DNA from: Octopus sinensis
Taxonomy: Eukaryota
DNA: 64,000 nucleotides
Assembly: GCF_006345805.1 (NCBI RefSeq)
Contig: NC_043001.1
Coordinates: forward strand, 96,348,001 to 96,412,000
Direction of reading: 5' to 3'
Shown piece after piece: positions 1 to 14,435 of this stretch (positions within the stretch are counted from its first letter, which is position 1; each line of letters starts with the position of its first letter). Position numbers and translations under genes: made by a program. A model generated the notes under the pieces. It was not told where the DNA came from, did no database searches, and saw only the letters and a program-made list of their open reading frames with translations.

Positions 1-1
1 T

Positions 2-156
2 GTCTTACCACTAAGAAAGGATTGTTCTCAAGAAAATAGGAAACGCCAGAACGTAAGCGAGCAAGACATATTTTGTATCTTTTCATTTGTCCTGCACGCT
101 TACGTTCTGGTGTTTGCTAAATTTTCTTGCGAACATTCCTTTCTTAGTGGTAAGAC
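2..156. repeat. Long imperfect inverted repeat (about 67-bp arms, 19-nt loop), MITE or fold-back-like
   Basis: 2-68 gtcttaccactaagaaagg...cgtaagcgagcaagaca is the reverse complement of 88-156 with a few mismatches. Confidence 0.85.
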
Positions 157-239
157 CACAGGGGGTCTACTTCTAGCATAATGGATGTCCACTTGGTGGT
201 CATCCCTCTTATATGTATATATAAATATATATCTGTATG

Positions 240-433
<194 letters not shown>

Positions 434-987
434 AATACATTTTATCCCATATTAGATGTAAATTTAATACTATTCACTTCCGGACTTTCTCACTCTATGA
501 AAATTTTCAGTCCGATCACACGTGTCTCGAGGTGTGCTGGAGAATTTCTATTTTGGATATATTTGGGGGTACTTAAGTGTACATATGACTTAGTGTTTAC
601 TTCTTCCATGGGTATAAGTAAGTATTTAATTTATTTCTTACTGTATTTATCGCTGACGAGGAGAAAATTCTTATGAATTAACTCTGAAATCGGTGCCGAT
701 ACGATAATAACATATTTTAGAAATTTCTGTTGGCTTATTTCAAGACGCGTGCTTATAGTGATGAATTAATGTTTATTGACGATTTAAGTCTATTTTCGGC
801 ATATTTGGCATTAGAAGTTTTTTCTTTTGTCTTTGTTTATAAGTTGTTTATAAATTTAACCTTTAAAGGTACTTTTTAATATGCTGGCCATTGATAGAAT
901 TTTTCGAAAAAATTTTATGCTATATTAGATGTATATATATATATATATATATATATAATCTATATATATATATATGTGTGTGTGTAT

Positions 988-1500
988 ACACTAGCTGACG
1001 TACCCGCTAATTCCCGGAAAAGCAGGCCTTATCCCTTGGTTCCGTTTTCATTATCATTTCGCTAATCCAATAACAACAAAACAAAGTATGTAGCTCTAAA
1101 AACGGGTTTTTGTGCATTCACAGAGAATACCGCACTGTCGTACATAGGATCTTGTTTTAAGGAATTCCCAATAAGTTATGAATATCCAAATTGTGAAGTC
1201 AGTTATGCAAAAACATGAAATTAGTTACCTGATTGTAACTCTTCAAAAGTAGTCCCGAAAAGGGCTTTAATGCGTTCCCAGAGTATATAGAACATAGGAA
1301 GAACTACTAATAAGGTATGTATACTAAAATCGTGAAGCATATTACGTAATAACAGGCTAATCAGATATGAGATAATAACTATTCAAAGTAAATATGTTTG
1401 AAAAGGGCTTTTGTGCGTTCTCAGAGAATATTACCTTCAGTGGCCCTAGTGTTAGTATATTCGTGAATAAGTCACTAACCAAAATAAGTGGATCTATTGT
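988..1500 (-). mobile_element. Possible non-autonomous Helitron-like element with degenerate internal repeats of about 150 bp
   Basis: Minus strand ends ...gcgggtacgtcagCTAGT; motif aaa(c/g)gg...tgcgttc.cagag.ata recurs near 1097, 1259 and 1401. Confidence 0.3.
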
Positions 1501-1529
1501 TTAGGAAAATACTGTTAAGTTGTCAAGAA

Positions 1530-1735
1530 AGTTCTTGCGGAATTATAAATTTTGGTTTTAAATGATGTATTTTCAAATTAATTGTCGTTATTATTGAATT
1601 ATAAGAAAAAGAGTAACACGATTAGATAGAGCGAAAAACGGGTTTTAAAATGATATATAAAGTCAAAGTAATTTAACGACGATTAATTTGAAAAATACAT
1701 AATTTAAAACCAAAATTTATAATTCCGCAAGAACT
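1530..1735. mobile_element. Inverted-repeat (about 60-bp arms) MITE-like unit, probably mariner-derived
   Basis: agttcttgcggaattataaattttggttttaaat... at 1530 is mirrored by ...atttaaaaccaaaatttataattccgcaagaact ending at 1735; lies directly upstream of a mariner N-terminus. Confidence 0.65.
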
Positions 1736-1774
1736 ATTCAATTAAGCAATTTCCCCCGGAACGTTGAAAACAAC

Positions 1775-1888
1775 ATGGACTAAAAGCGAATTCACACAAT
1801 CTTCTTATTGCAGTTCAAGCTAGGCCGAAAAGCTGCTGAAACCTCTCGCGATATCAACGATGCGTTTGGCCCAGGGACTACTAATGCA
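1775..1888 (+). pseudogene. Mariner transposase N-terminal fragment (Hsmar1/SETMAR-like HTH)
   Basis: Reads QFKLGRKAAETSRDINDAFGPGTTNA, resembling mariner FKMGRKAAETTRNINNAFGPGTAN; homology ends there. Confidence 0.8.
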
Positions 1889-2497
1889 CGAGAAGAAACA
1901 AACAAAAATAGTCGCAAGAAGACGGAATGGGCACAGATGGACAACAATTGCAACATGTTGGAGTCTGAAAAAAAAAAAAAAACGCCTAATAAACGATTCT
2001 TTAACTTAACTCTTATCTATATTTACTGTCCTCGTTATTGCCAATATTTCAGCTTCTTCCCGAAAAGCGGTGTTTGTGTTGACGTAGAAGCTACTCTTAC
2101 TATCACTCGCCACTCTTTGCTGGACATTAGCAATAAACATTCTAATTTATTTTGGCTCAAAATCGCTTTTATTTATCTGTTCTTCTTGTACCACTCTTTG
2201 AACTATTCCGTTAGTCAGCATTAATCGGAGTATCAATCATCTTAAATCGAAGACATTCCTCCTTTACTTCTTTCTCCTTCTTTGATATCGTTCATCCTCA
2301 GTGGCTTCAGTGAACACAAATTATTGCACTAACCGTGTCCGCGTGGTAGATACAAGGCTATTCCGAATTGTCTGTATCCGTTATCTCTTGCCTTATGGAA
2401 GTAAGTGTGTTTCTCTCTCCCTGAACATTTTTTTTCACAATCATGTTAGTCACCCCACTCGCAAATTTGATACCTCAGCTCGAACATTCATTGTTTC

Positions 2498-2567
2498 TTT
2501 GAGCAAAGAGGTTAGGTTCCTTTCGAACAAAGAGGTTAGGTTTCTTTGAACAAAGAGGTTAGGTTCC
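2498..2567. repeat. Three tandem copies of an about 23-bp unit (ga(g/a)caaagaggttaggtt)
   Basis: Direct reading; no unique spacers. Confidence 0.9.
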
Positions 2568-2638
2568 CTCGTTAGCTTATCTTTGTGTATCTACCATGCG
2601 GGAGACCATATAGCTATAATACTCACCACGATACACAC

Positions 2639-2688
<50 letters not shown>

Positions 2689-2828
2689 CTACGCACACTT
2701 CAGCCTTTATGAATTGCTCACCCTCAAGCATGACACTAGCACTACAGCTATGATATGTAGCTCTTCAATATTCACGATAAAACAGTAACTGTCTCTATAT
2801 ATACTCTCTATATATAACTATATATCGC

Positions 2829-2946
2829 CGTGATCACCGTGACCGACTAGGCTATCAGACGTTGCAACACATCGCTGGTCACAATGCGATTCGCATTTTT
2901 TTAGCCTTCAAATGACGCCACCCCGCTGGCTAAGCGAGCAGGCCAA
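2829..2946 (-). mobile_element. SINE family C, 3' fragment
   Basis: Reverse complement of 22231-22345. Confidence 0.8.
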
Positions 2947-4066
2947 TATAACTATATATATATAACTATATATAACTCTCTCTATATAACTATATATAGC
3001 GAACAGTAACTCTATATATGCTCTATAAAGCGACGCTAATAGTACAACTAACATGTAGTACTATCTATGCTCTGGACCGTACTACTAGATCTATAGCTAA
3101 CATGTTGTACTTATATATGGTTTACGGTTATATCACAATACTACACAGTGGCTGTGTATATCACGAAATCCTCGTTGCCACTGTTATGTCGCACGTTCGG
3201 ATGACCGCTCCTCAGCTCTACTCCTACTGATACTGATACTCAACTGTGCTCTGACGTCTAGAGTTCTCCCTTTATATCTACGTATTGGGCTAGCCTACTT
3301 CATCGCCTGGGGGTGTCCATTCAACATTTACAAAGCATAAATGTGGCACTAGTAGAAAACATCTAACATGGTCATCAGTATGGCCAGTTGATTAAGAAAT
3401 TCACTTTGCAAGCATGAACTCTAAGCTTAATTCTTTCTACTCAGCATTCCGGGAAAGTGTTTCTATCATATCCTTGGATAGGCACAAACCTTTTGAGTGA
3501 AATTGGGTAGACAGAAGCTGTACAGAAGCTCGTAGGGTAGATTTAATTGTAATTCAAAAGATACAGCTTTTTCAGAGCGTTACGCTGATTTTTACCTGAG
3601 AATTACGCTAAAGATACAAATATCCATGGAAACTCAGCTACTTGCTGATTTAAAGATTAGGTAGTTTAATTGATCGAGCAACTGGAATGCTGATCATCAA
3701 AGCTGACAAAGATCAATATACCTCTACTAAGAAAAGGCTACTGTTACACACACCAGCGGCATAGCTAGAGTGTGTACCGCCTAGAGTACCTAGAGTCTGA
3801 TCCTACACCGGTGCGGTAAACTCAAGGTCTGTATGCAAGAGATCTCAAAGTGCTGCCCCATGATAGCATCGCCCAGAGTGGACTGTCCCCTTGTCCACAT
3901 CTCTGCTACACTTCTGCTATACGCAATATTTTCTTTCCGAATCTCCACCAAAAACACCCTAAGATAATTTGATTGATTGGTAATAATATATTACACAAAA
4001 ATGCCATTAGCATTCATAGAATACTATCCTCCTCTATGGTTGTTATTTTTGTTAACATTACATGTA

Positions 4067-4244
4067 GGCGTAGGAGTGGCTGTGTGGTAAGTAGCTTGCT
4101 TACCAGCCACATGGTTCCGGTTTCCGTCCCACTGCGTGGCAACTTGGGCAAGTGTCTTCTACTATAGCCTCTGGCCGACCAAAGCCTTGTGAGTGGATTT
4201 GGTAGACGGAAACTGAAAGAAGCCCGTCGTATATATGTATTTGT

Positions 4245-4300
<56 letters not shown>

Positions 4301-4510
4301 ATATGTTTGTGTGTCTGTGTTTGTCCACCCAACATCACTTGACAACCGATGCTGGTGTGTTTACGTCCCCGTAACTTAGCGTCTCGGCAAAAGAGACCGA
4401 CAGAGTAAGTACTAGGCTTACAAAGAATAAGTCCTGGGGTCTATTTGCTCGACTAAAGGCGGTGCTCCAGCATGGCCACAGTCAAATGACTGAAACAAGT
4501 AAAAGAGTAA
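4067..4510 (+). mobile_element. tRNA-derived SINE family A, full length
   Basis: Head ggcgtaggagtggctgtgtggtaag with A/B-box-like motifs, internal (TA)n/(TG)n, tail gactgaaacaagtaaaagagtaa; many copies in the window. Confidence 0.9.
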
Positions 4511-5092
4511 TTTACACTTCAGTTGTTAAGTTCTTCACATTAAAGTCTCTCGCAGTTTCTCCTACTCTCTTACATTCTTTATTTCTCTCTATCTCTCCCT
4601 CTTCCCAATAGCCGTGTCTTATTTCTCTCCTACCATCACTCTTTTCACAAGACAGCGGGAGGTAACTCGCTGTCATTTTCATCTTTTTTTTTTTATCCAA
4701 TTTCCAGATTTAACTTGTCGCATGAAGACATCCGTCACCTATCACCTGCTACCTTTTACCTTTTACCTGTTAACTAGTCGTTAACAAATGTAAAGAACAC
4801 GGATTCAGTTCCTTCTTTGTATGCTTCAACACGTTTCTCGTGAGTTCGCATTAGCTGCCATCAATGTTTTGATGTGTAGATCAAATATAGTAAATACTTT
4901 GTGCGCATATACAGAGAGTGAGACGAACACGCAAGCACTTTCTCTCTTCCCCCTCTCTCCCTCTCTCTCTCTCTTTCCAACACACATATACAGGTACACA
5001 CTCATATTAACGGAGACATGCACGCACACGCACATGCGCACCAAAAGATACACACACCTACAGACACACCATCAGTAGTTTAAAAAAAAAAA

Positions 5093-5095
<3 letters not shown>

Positions 5096-5131
<36 letters not shown>

Positions 5132-5168
5132 GTCTATTTATTTATCAATCTATCTGTCTGTCTTGCTG

Positions 5169-5251
<83 letters not shown>

Positions 5252-5288
5252 GTCTATTTATTTATCAATCTATCTGTCTGTCTTGCTG

Positions 5289-5343
<55 letters not shown>

Positions 5344-5524
5344 CTATCCAATCTATCTATCCATCATCGTGATTTCCTGTATGTATTAGTTGTCTGCTAG
5401 CTACCTACATTCATACCTACCTATCTAGCTACAAAGCTACCAAGATACCTACCTACCTACCTACCTACCTACCTACCTACCTAACTATCTACCTACCTAC
5501 TTATACATTAATCAATCAATCAGT

Positions 5525-5615
<91 letters not shown>
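5096..5615. repeat. (TATC)n/(TACC)n microsatellite block with a 120-bp internal duplication
   Basis: tgtctatttatttatcaatctatctgtctgtcttgctgtc occurs at 5131 and 5251. Confidence 0.92.
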
Positions 5616-5617
<2 letters not shown>

Positions 5618-6529
5618 CAGCTGTGTGTGAGTGTGTTTGTGTCTGTCTGTGCATTTTCGGTTTATCTGTCTGTTCGTTTGTCTGTCTGTCTGTCTGCCTG
5701 TCGATAATGAAATACAATATTCCCAAAACATGTACATGTAAATAAACAATATATAATGCTTGTAAACACAGCCTAAAATAGAAGTACACACACACATGCA
5801 TACACACACATGCACACACACATGCACGCAAACATACACCCCCCACCACAGAAATAAACAGACATGTAGCGTATCATATAAAAACATAGAAAAGGTATAC
5901 TTGCGGAATTTTGTTATATATTTTAACATAATAATACATCTATTTTTGCGTAGATAAAAATATCACCATTGTATCAAATATTCGTCCAAGAAGCCGTTTT
6001 ATCAAACAAGCTACAAATTATATTTGACTTCAAAAGATTTTGTGACAGAATTGGTCTGGAACAGAATTATTCAAAGTTTCTATGCTCAAGAGACACGTAT
6101 TTTTTGTGTGTATGTGCTGTCTCAGTGAAAGCGGAATATGTACACAAAAAATAATTTTTCTAGTTGAAATTATTATTTATTTATTATTTGATTTTATTAT
6201 TAATATTATTTTTGGTTTAAGTGGTGGGTTCTCCGTCGGTCTCGACGATGAGTGCGCGATTGTCTGGACTACGTACGTTACGTGAATGTAACGTGAGAGC
6301 AGCGTTTGTATTCCGCAGTCATATGTAGTCTTGATGTAATTGAATTCTTAGGTCGGATGTGCGAGGCACTAAGAAGAAGAAGAGGAAAAAGAAGAAAAAG
6401 GAGAAGAAGAAGAAGATGAAGAAGAAGAAGAAAAAGAATTGACCTTAGGGTGGAATATCAGCCAAGCATCCTTAACCCTAACCGTGATGCTTCTCCTTAA
6501 ATGATTAAGCGTGTATGTGTATTAGAAAT

Positions 6530-7460
6530 TATGATGATGTCACTGCAACGGTGACGGACACCAAAAAAGTCGAGTTGTTCGGCATACTTCTAAAGGAATA
6601 CGAAACTGTGACAGAGAGAAACATTAACCAAGATAAATTAGTTGCTTGCAGCTCGGTATCTGGACAAGTAAGAGCATGGCGTTGAACAGCATCATAGGCT
6701 ATTATAGAAGAACAGTCCTGACAGGATCTGCAAGTAGACAAGGAATGAAGTTACGAGCAGCGTGATCAGACTCACTCAGAAACAGCTGATAGGAAACCAT
6801 ATCGCCTCTGTTATACATTACAGCTCGACCAGGTTAGAATATAAGCTCTCTCGGCTTTTATGTAAAGATTGACTTCCTCTTGCCAAGTGGTTTATCTGAT
6901 ACAAAATCCCATTCACAAGAGGTTCGGCACAGGCATGTGTTAAGGCTGCAGCATCAACACAGACTCCTTGATATTGAGCATGTATGGTCACTTTTTGTAA
7001 GGCTCGTCTTTTCATAGTTCGTCTACTTGCTGGTGCCACAGTTCTAGGCCACGCAAAGACCAGAACTAAACACTTGTCATCTAAAATTTTGTCAAATGTT
7101 CCCAGCCCTCTAGCAGTTGGAAAATACAGTCAATGGAATTTCCATGCTGGCTTCTATAGAGGACTAAAGTTAGGGAGCAGTGACAACGTTCTCGAGGAAA
7201 ATCTCGGAGTCGACGAGAATCAACTGGTGGTCTATTCCAGAGAACTTTAAGTTCTGAAACTACCGAAGCTTGCAATGCACCGTGATTGCACTGCCAGACC
7301 AGAGATTCATAAGTTCGCGGCGATACCGGAAGACATTACTGGTTAAAGAAAAAAAACTCTACAGGAACAGACGCATCAACAAGCAGATCCATCCGAAGTT
7401 TCTCGCAGAGCGACGAAATCATTTTGTACTGACTTGTTCACTGTCCGAGCATTAATGATT
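6530..7460 (+). mobile_element. Possible highly decayed Gypsy-type pol/integrase remnant
   Basis: Collinear but weak motifs across frameshifts and stops: KHLSS, LFQRTLSSE-LP, GRHYWLK...LYRNRR (similar to PRSY.V...YRRNRRH). Confidence 0.3.
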
Positions 7461-8084
7461 TGTGGATTTTAGTCGAACAGCCTATTGTATGAAGGATAGA
7501 TCCAGCCGTCTGCTGAGTCCATCGTGAAGAGCTCTCCACGGCACTTCTTTTGCCAGGAGGGACAAGCAGTTTTCATGTGTCTGCTGAAATTGGCGAAAGA
7601 CGTGGTGTAGTGAGCGAAACAGGGTGTAGTATTCATGTTTTATTGAAACCATTATATTCTATAATGAGATAAATCTTTGTAAAACTTTTGAGCATTGTAG
7701 TTGAGGACTTAATCAGAATATGTAAAGCGATGTCGATGAATAAAAGACAAAGATAAATGTATTGTAATGCCTTACATAGGATGTTTTATAATCTTTTAAT
7801 ATTTTCCCTTTATATTTAGAAGAGGGATTTATCGCAAAATATTTTAGGATTATTAAACTACCTTTGTAAAGTTATACACTATCTTTGTCTTGCATTCGTT
7901 TACATCGTTCGAGATATTTTGATTAGCTCCTCAACTGCTTTGTTAAAAGATTTTACAGATATTTATCTCATTACTTACATACTGCATTGCTTCGAGCAAA
8001 TTCCAATATTCTGTACAATATTTTATTATTTGGTTTATGGTTGAAGCCGCATAAAAATGCTTATCTATTTTTGTTTATCCAAGT

Positions 8085-8338
8085 CAGTGGTTCTCAATAG
8101 ACTTCCATATGACCCTTGGGGATCCATATAAAATTTTTTGTTAAAATTTATGATCAATAAATTGGTCATACTTCTACGCTACACAAAATATTTTAGTAAT
8201 TTTTTAATACTATTTCTGATAATATTTAATTCTAAAAATATAATAGCATTTTTTTAATGAATGGCTAATGGGTTCACCCGAGTATAGTAGAAAATAAAGA
8301 AGTCAAAACTAAAAAAAAAAAATGGCTGAGAACCACTG
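8085..8338. mobile_element. hAT-type MITE
   Basis: TIRs CAGTGGTTCTCA / TGAGAACCACTG; degenerate 8-bp TSD atccaagt / attcaagg. Confidence 0.8.
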
Positions 8339-8631
8339 ATTCAAGGTTAACATTGTTATTATTTCTTTGTTCAGTTGCTTCATGATGAGTTTTATTTAGT
8401 CTGCTGCTGTTTTCGTAGCTTTCTTTTATTTTTTCTTTTACGGGTTTCAGGCGTTGAAATTCTTTTCTTTTCTATTCTAGGCAAAAGGGCCGAAATTTTT
8501 TTGGGGAGGGGTCCAGTCGATTACATCGACACAGGTAGGCAAATGGTACTTAATTTCTCGACCCCGAAAGAATGAAAGGCAAAGTTGACCTCTCCGGAAG
8601 TTGAACTCAGAACGTAAAGACAGACGAAATA

Positions 8632-8846
8632 CCTATTTCGTTATTACCCACAAGGGTCTATACATAGAGGGGACAAACAAGGACAGACATAGGTATTAAG
8701 TCGATTACATCGACCCCAGTGCGTAACTGGTACTTAATTTATCGACCCCGAAAGGATGAAAGGAAGTTGAACTCAGAACGTAAAGACAGACGAAATACTG
8801 CTAGGCATTTCGCCCGGCGTGCTAACGTTTCTCCCAGCTCGCCCCC
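8632..8846 (-). mobile_element. tRNA-derived SINE family B, abutting an older B-like copy (about 8470-8631)
   Basis: Reverse complement of the ggcgagctgg...gttctgagttcaa...aaagaaataggtat consensus seen at 14718 and 45466. Confidence 0.85.
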
Positions 8847-9689
8847 TTTAAGGCGTTGAAATACTGGAGCTTCACCTTAAGGAAGATGGTAGCAGCGAAG
8901 GTTCTTAAAATCAAAGTCTTTCTCGGTCTTTCTCCCTCTCTTTCGTTCCCTATTTCTTTCTATCTCTCCTTTTCCCCAATAACCACGCCTTCTTTCTCTC
9001 CCATCATTTCTCTCCATCTTCACATGTTAGCGGGAAGTAACACGTCATTTCTTTCCAACTTTCAGATTAATTTGTCGCTTGAAGTTAAAACAATATGAAC
9101 CGCAAATTACAACAAATATTGTCATTTTAACTGTGGTCCTTATCGTTTAGCTCAATTTTAACTTTCATCAAAGGGCTTCCAGCCGTGGCTATCCACTCCT
9201 TTGTGTATATCTATGATGACATAGTCCAAATTAACCTTTCCTTTCTTTTTTCAATATTACAGTGTTATCATTTTTCGTTTATTTTCGCTATGGTTGCCGA
9301 TAATATTGTTGCAGTTATTCTTGTTGTTCTACAACAGACAAGCTCTGATCAAAGATAACCCATGAACCAAAGCATTCCTGCCATGACCATCCTGTCATTT
9401 GCTATATTCCTATAACTATATTGTTGCTTGTTAGATCTTTCATTTAGGTGTTAATTGCGGGAGATTTAGCTACTATTTTTCGCTGGTCGCTCATTGGCTC
9501 GTTGTTGTAATAGTTGTTATGGTTGTCAGTATTGTTGCTGTTGCTGTTGTTGTTGATGATGATGATGTCTTTATAGCTGTGGTGTCTTACCGTTGTTGCT
9601 GTTGTTGCTATGATGTGCTCATTTCACTGTTCCACTCTCCTCGTCATTTTTTCCCTATTTTCTCCTCTTCCTGCCACGTTTTCTTTTTC

Positions 9690-10270
9690 CACCTCCTCCT
9701 CTCATCATCATCATCATCGTCGTGTTGCTGTTATTGTTGTTGATGTTGATGTTTTTTGTTGTTCTTCTCCTTCTTCTCCTCCTCCTCGTTCTTCGTTGTC
9801 GTCGCCATCGATATCATCACCACCACCATCATCATCATCATCATCATCATCTTCTTCTTTTTTTTCTTCTTCTTCTCCTCCTTCTTCTTAATCTCCTTCG
9901 TTGTCGTCGCCGTCGACATCATCATCATCATTATCATCATCATCATCATCTCATCATCATCATCATCTCTTCTTTCTCCTCCTCCTTCTCCTCCTCCTTC
10001 CCTCCCCATCCCAACTCATCCTCTCTTTTCTACACCTCTTCCATCATTTTACTCCACTCTCCTCTTCTCTTCGCCACCATTCTTCCATCACTCCCTCTCC
10101 TTCACTCCTCTCCTCTCCTCTCCAAACCACTCCTTCCTCACTAATGCGTTTAGGGACAGTTGTATTTTTTTCTTCCTCTCTTCTTCAATTCTTCATTTTC
10201 TTGCCTTCCTTTAAACTACAACTCATCCGCCACCATCCCTCAACACCCATACACGTCTCTTTCGTATTTC
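9690..10270. repeat. Pyrimidine-rich (CAT/CTT/CCT)n low-complexity tract
   Basis: Direct reading; strong strand skew. Confidence 0.9.
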
Positions 10271-10459
10271 AAGAGATCATCTCTCAACGGACGCCCGTTA
10301 AAACCTCCGATTGATGTATTATTCCACAGATGAATCAGCCTGCATGACAGCCAAAAGAATTCTAAAAGCCATATTGAAAAACCACTAGAAAGATTGGCTC
10401 AGCATTAATGAGCTACGCTTGTTTGAATTTATTGTCTTTTATACATGTGTGTGTATAGG

Positions 10460-10915
<456 letters not shown>

Positions 10916-11689
10916 TATGTGTGCGTGTGTGTGTTTGTGCGTTTGCGTATATGCTCGTATATACGAAAAGATTACACCCCATCCACTCGTTTTTGCAGTT
11001 TCAACACGAAATACACGGTATTCACCGATCCACGACACTTAAAAGAACAGCAGCACAAGAAAAACATGAGATATTAGCTACATGAGAGCAACATTACCAT
11101 CTACCTAACTTCACTAGCGCCATATAAATTGATGACATAATATATGAAAGATTTATCTGCCGTACACTGCATACTGGAGATTATTTTTATTTTAGCAAAA
11201 AAAAAAAAAAAAACGTGCCTGAAAATCTACAAGTATCTGCAAAGTTTTTATTTTTATAATTACAAACAAGGTGAATGGAGTGAGCAGATCTTTTTATTCC
11301 ATCAACTTCCAATTGTTTCGTCGAAATTCGATGATAATATTGTTATATTATGCAGCAATATATGCAACAATTTATTCATGAGGTATTGAACTCAATTCAT
11401 CAGTATTATGACTCTTGAACTGCGAGATTATCTCCCTTTCTTAATTGGAGCTAGTTTCAATTGCCGTCTAGTAATTATGATACATCCTCTATAGGCGTAG
11501 TTAATTTAAATAAACTAAAGATTTATGCTTAATGGTATTTGATATGTCTGTATTTGTCCATGTTATACAAATAGATGACACTGTGTCTGGTTGAGGAGAA
11601 TGAAACCTCTTCTTAGCTACAATTGTCCACCGGTTTACTCTGACCTGGAGTTGCAATACCTGTCAGGGTCCTAGCCATAAGATCAGCTG

Positions 11690-12052
11690 GTGATTCTGGT
11701 CCGTTTCACTTCAGTCAGTCACAAGTTGCTAATCACGGAAGCTCAGAGAGAGGCACTCATGTTAAACAAGCGTTTATAACTACAAGCCAATGGCGTACAG
11801 ATGTCTCCTTATCGTGACCTCATTTGTCATCGCAACTACTAAAAGTCCTATGGCGATGAAAGAATGGTGATGTGTGCAGACCAAACCAGTTGGAAGCGCA
11901 CGGTTAGTTACAACACATACTTCAAACCGTGCACATCTGCAGCAGTTCTGAATAGTCATCTGAGGTCATGAATGTAAAGTCAGAAATACAATTGATAATG
12001 AGGAAGCACAGAAATATGGCAATCATCTGTGAAGATGGAGCAATCACCATCT
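11690..12052 (+). mobile_element. RTE-like LINE 3' remnant
   Basis: Peptide traces CADQTSWKRTV (similar to A.DR..WR..V) and KPCTSAAVLNSHLRS (similar to terminal C.S.IGL.SHLR); RTE-like end gcaatcatctgtgaagatggagc. Confidence 0.5.
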
Positions 12053-12071
12053 CTCTCTCTCTCTCTCTTTC

Positions 12072-12164
<93 letters not shown>

Positions 12165-12171
12165 TTTCTTT

Positions 12172-12437
<266 letters not shown>

Positions 12438-12979
12438 CTCTGTCTGTCTGTCTGTCTATCCATCAATCCATCCTTCCATCCATCCATCCATCCATCCATC
12501 CATCCGTCCGTCCGTCTGTCTGTCTATCTGTTTGTCTGTCTGTCTGTCCCATGTCTATAGCACACATACGCACAGACACACATATAGGAAATACAAAAGC
12601 CATACAGTAATATTCATACAGACCCCAGTTTCCCTTCCCCTTTCTCACTTTGTACTTTGTCTCTCTTGTTCACCTTTTCTCTCTGTCCTACTCTCCCTCC
12701 TTCCATCCTTTCCTCCCTCTTCCCTCTCTCTCTGACACTCAAACACATTAACATTTTCTTTTCACCCCCCTTACTCACTCTCTCTTTTACTCTTTTTATC
12801 ACCGAAACCCTCTCCTCTTCCTCTTCCTTTCTCTATCAATTTCTACACCGCCCACTCTCTCCCTCTGTCCTTTGCGTCTCACAACATACAATTCCTCTCA
12901 TTCAAGTCTCTTTCATTTGTCTCCTTTCACTTTCACTTTTTTTCCCGCCTCTTCTTTCATTCTTCCGTTTCTCCTTTCT

Positions 12980-13020
12980 TTACTACTACTATTACTACTA
13001 CTACTACTACTACTACTACA

Positions 13021-13058
<38 letters not shown>

Positions 13059-13197
13059 ACTACTACTACTACTACTACGACGACGACGACGATGACGACG
13101 ACGACGACGATGACGACGACGACGACGAACACCATTACCAGATCGACAACAGCAGCACCACCACCACGAACATCACCACCACCACCACCACCACTAT

Positions 13198-13274
<77 letters not shown>

Positions 13275-13332
13275 CGACGACGAATACCATCACCAGATCA
13301 ACAACAGCAGAAACAGCGGCAGCAGCAGCACC

Positions 13333-13372
<40 letters not shown>

Positions 13373-13483
13373 CACTACTACTACGACGACCACAACAAAC
13401 ACCATCACCAGGCCAACAGCGACAGAAACAGCAGCAGCAGCAACACCTCCCATTACTACTACTACTACTACTACTACTACTAT

Positions 13484-13521
<38 letters not shown>

Positions 13522-13682
13522 GAACCACTACCACTACCACTACTACTCTTCAACAGCAACAGAAACAGCAGCAGCAACACCTCCCATTACTACTACTACT
13601 ACTACTACTAGTACTAGAACCACTACCACTACCACTACTACTCTTCAACAGCAACAGAAACAGCAGCAGCAACACTTCCCAT

Positions 13683-13724
<42 letters not shown>

Positions 13725-13780
13725 ACGCTGCTGTTGCTGCTACCACCGCCGCTGCTACCACCGCCGCTGCCACTGCTGCT
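12980..13780. repeat. Compound trinucleotide array (TAC/GAC/CAC/CAG) with higher-order duplications
   Basis: Direct reading; spacer ...cagcaacagaaacagcagcagcaacacctcccattac recurs. Confidence 0.92.
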
Positions 13781-14059
13781 TATAGGAGCTTTCACTAACC
13801 ATTCATAATAGTTCCATTTGACCAGACACAAAGCCAATTTTGTAGGCTAGCGATTATAGTCGAATCGATCTCCAGTATCTTCTATTTATTTTATCGATCA
13901 TAAACCTATACAAGAACATGGGTGGTTGAATCGATTGAGGTGCTGGACAACAAGCAGAAAGGTCGTCGATTCTACTCTGACGTCGACGTTTCTCTAAAAC
14001 ATTTTTGTTTTAAAATTTCGTGTATTCCCGTACTGTCTCGGAGGTAGGTAGATGTCTCT

Positions 14060-14435
14060 TTTCTTTTCTCCTTTTCGCCTTTTTCAAGCCTAGCCTGGCT
14101 CATGGGCCCGGTTTCCCGGTTTCTATGGCGTATATGTTCTCCCCAGCTTGACGGAACGCCAGTCTATCGCAGCGTTACTCAAGAAACAGGAAAAATGTTC
14201 CTTCTCGAGCCATGCCAGGTTCATAAGGGCCGGTTTCAGTGGTGTAGAAATTCCCCACCTGGACGGGACGCCAGTCCATCACAGCGTTACTCATTTTTGC
14301 CAGCTGAGTGGAATGGAGCAACGTGAAAAGGAAATGTTTTGCTCAAGAGCACAACGCATCGCCCGGTCCAGGAATCGAAACCTCAACCTTACGATCATGA
14401 TTCAGCACCCTGACCACTAAGCCACGCCCCTCCAC
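14060..14435 (-). mobile_element. tRNA-derived SINE family D, full length with 10-bp TSD
   Basis: TSD agatgtctct at 14050-14059 and 14439-14448; core actcatttttgccagctgagtgga...ttgctcaagagcacaacgc; internal duplication. Confidence 0.85.

Noticed and set aside
2498-2567. Three 23-bp repeats resembling a mini-CRISPR or telomeric (ggttagg) array
   Set aside because: No spacers, eukaryotic context, not TTAGGG tandem; an ordinary minisatellite
6473-6485. ccttaaccctaacc telomere-like word (also 27868 and 48595)
   Set aside because: Only one or two units; expected by chance
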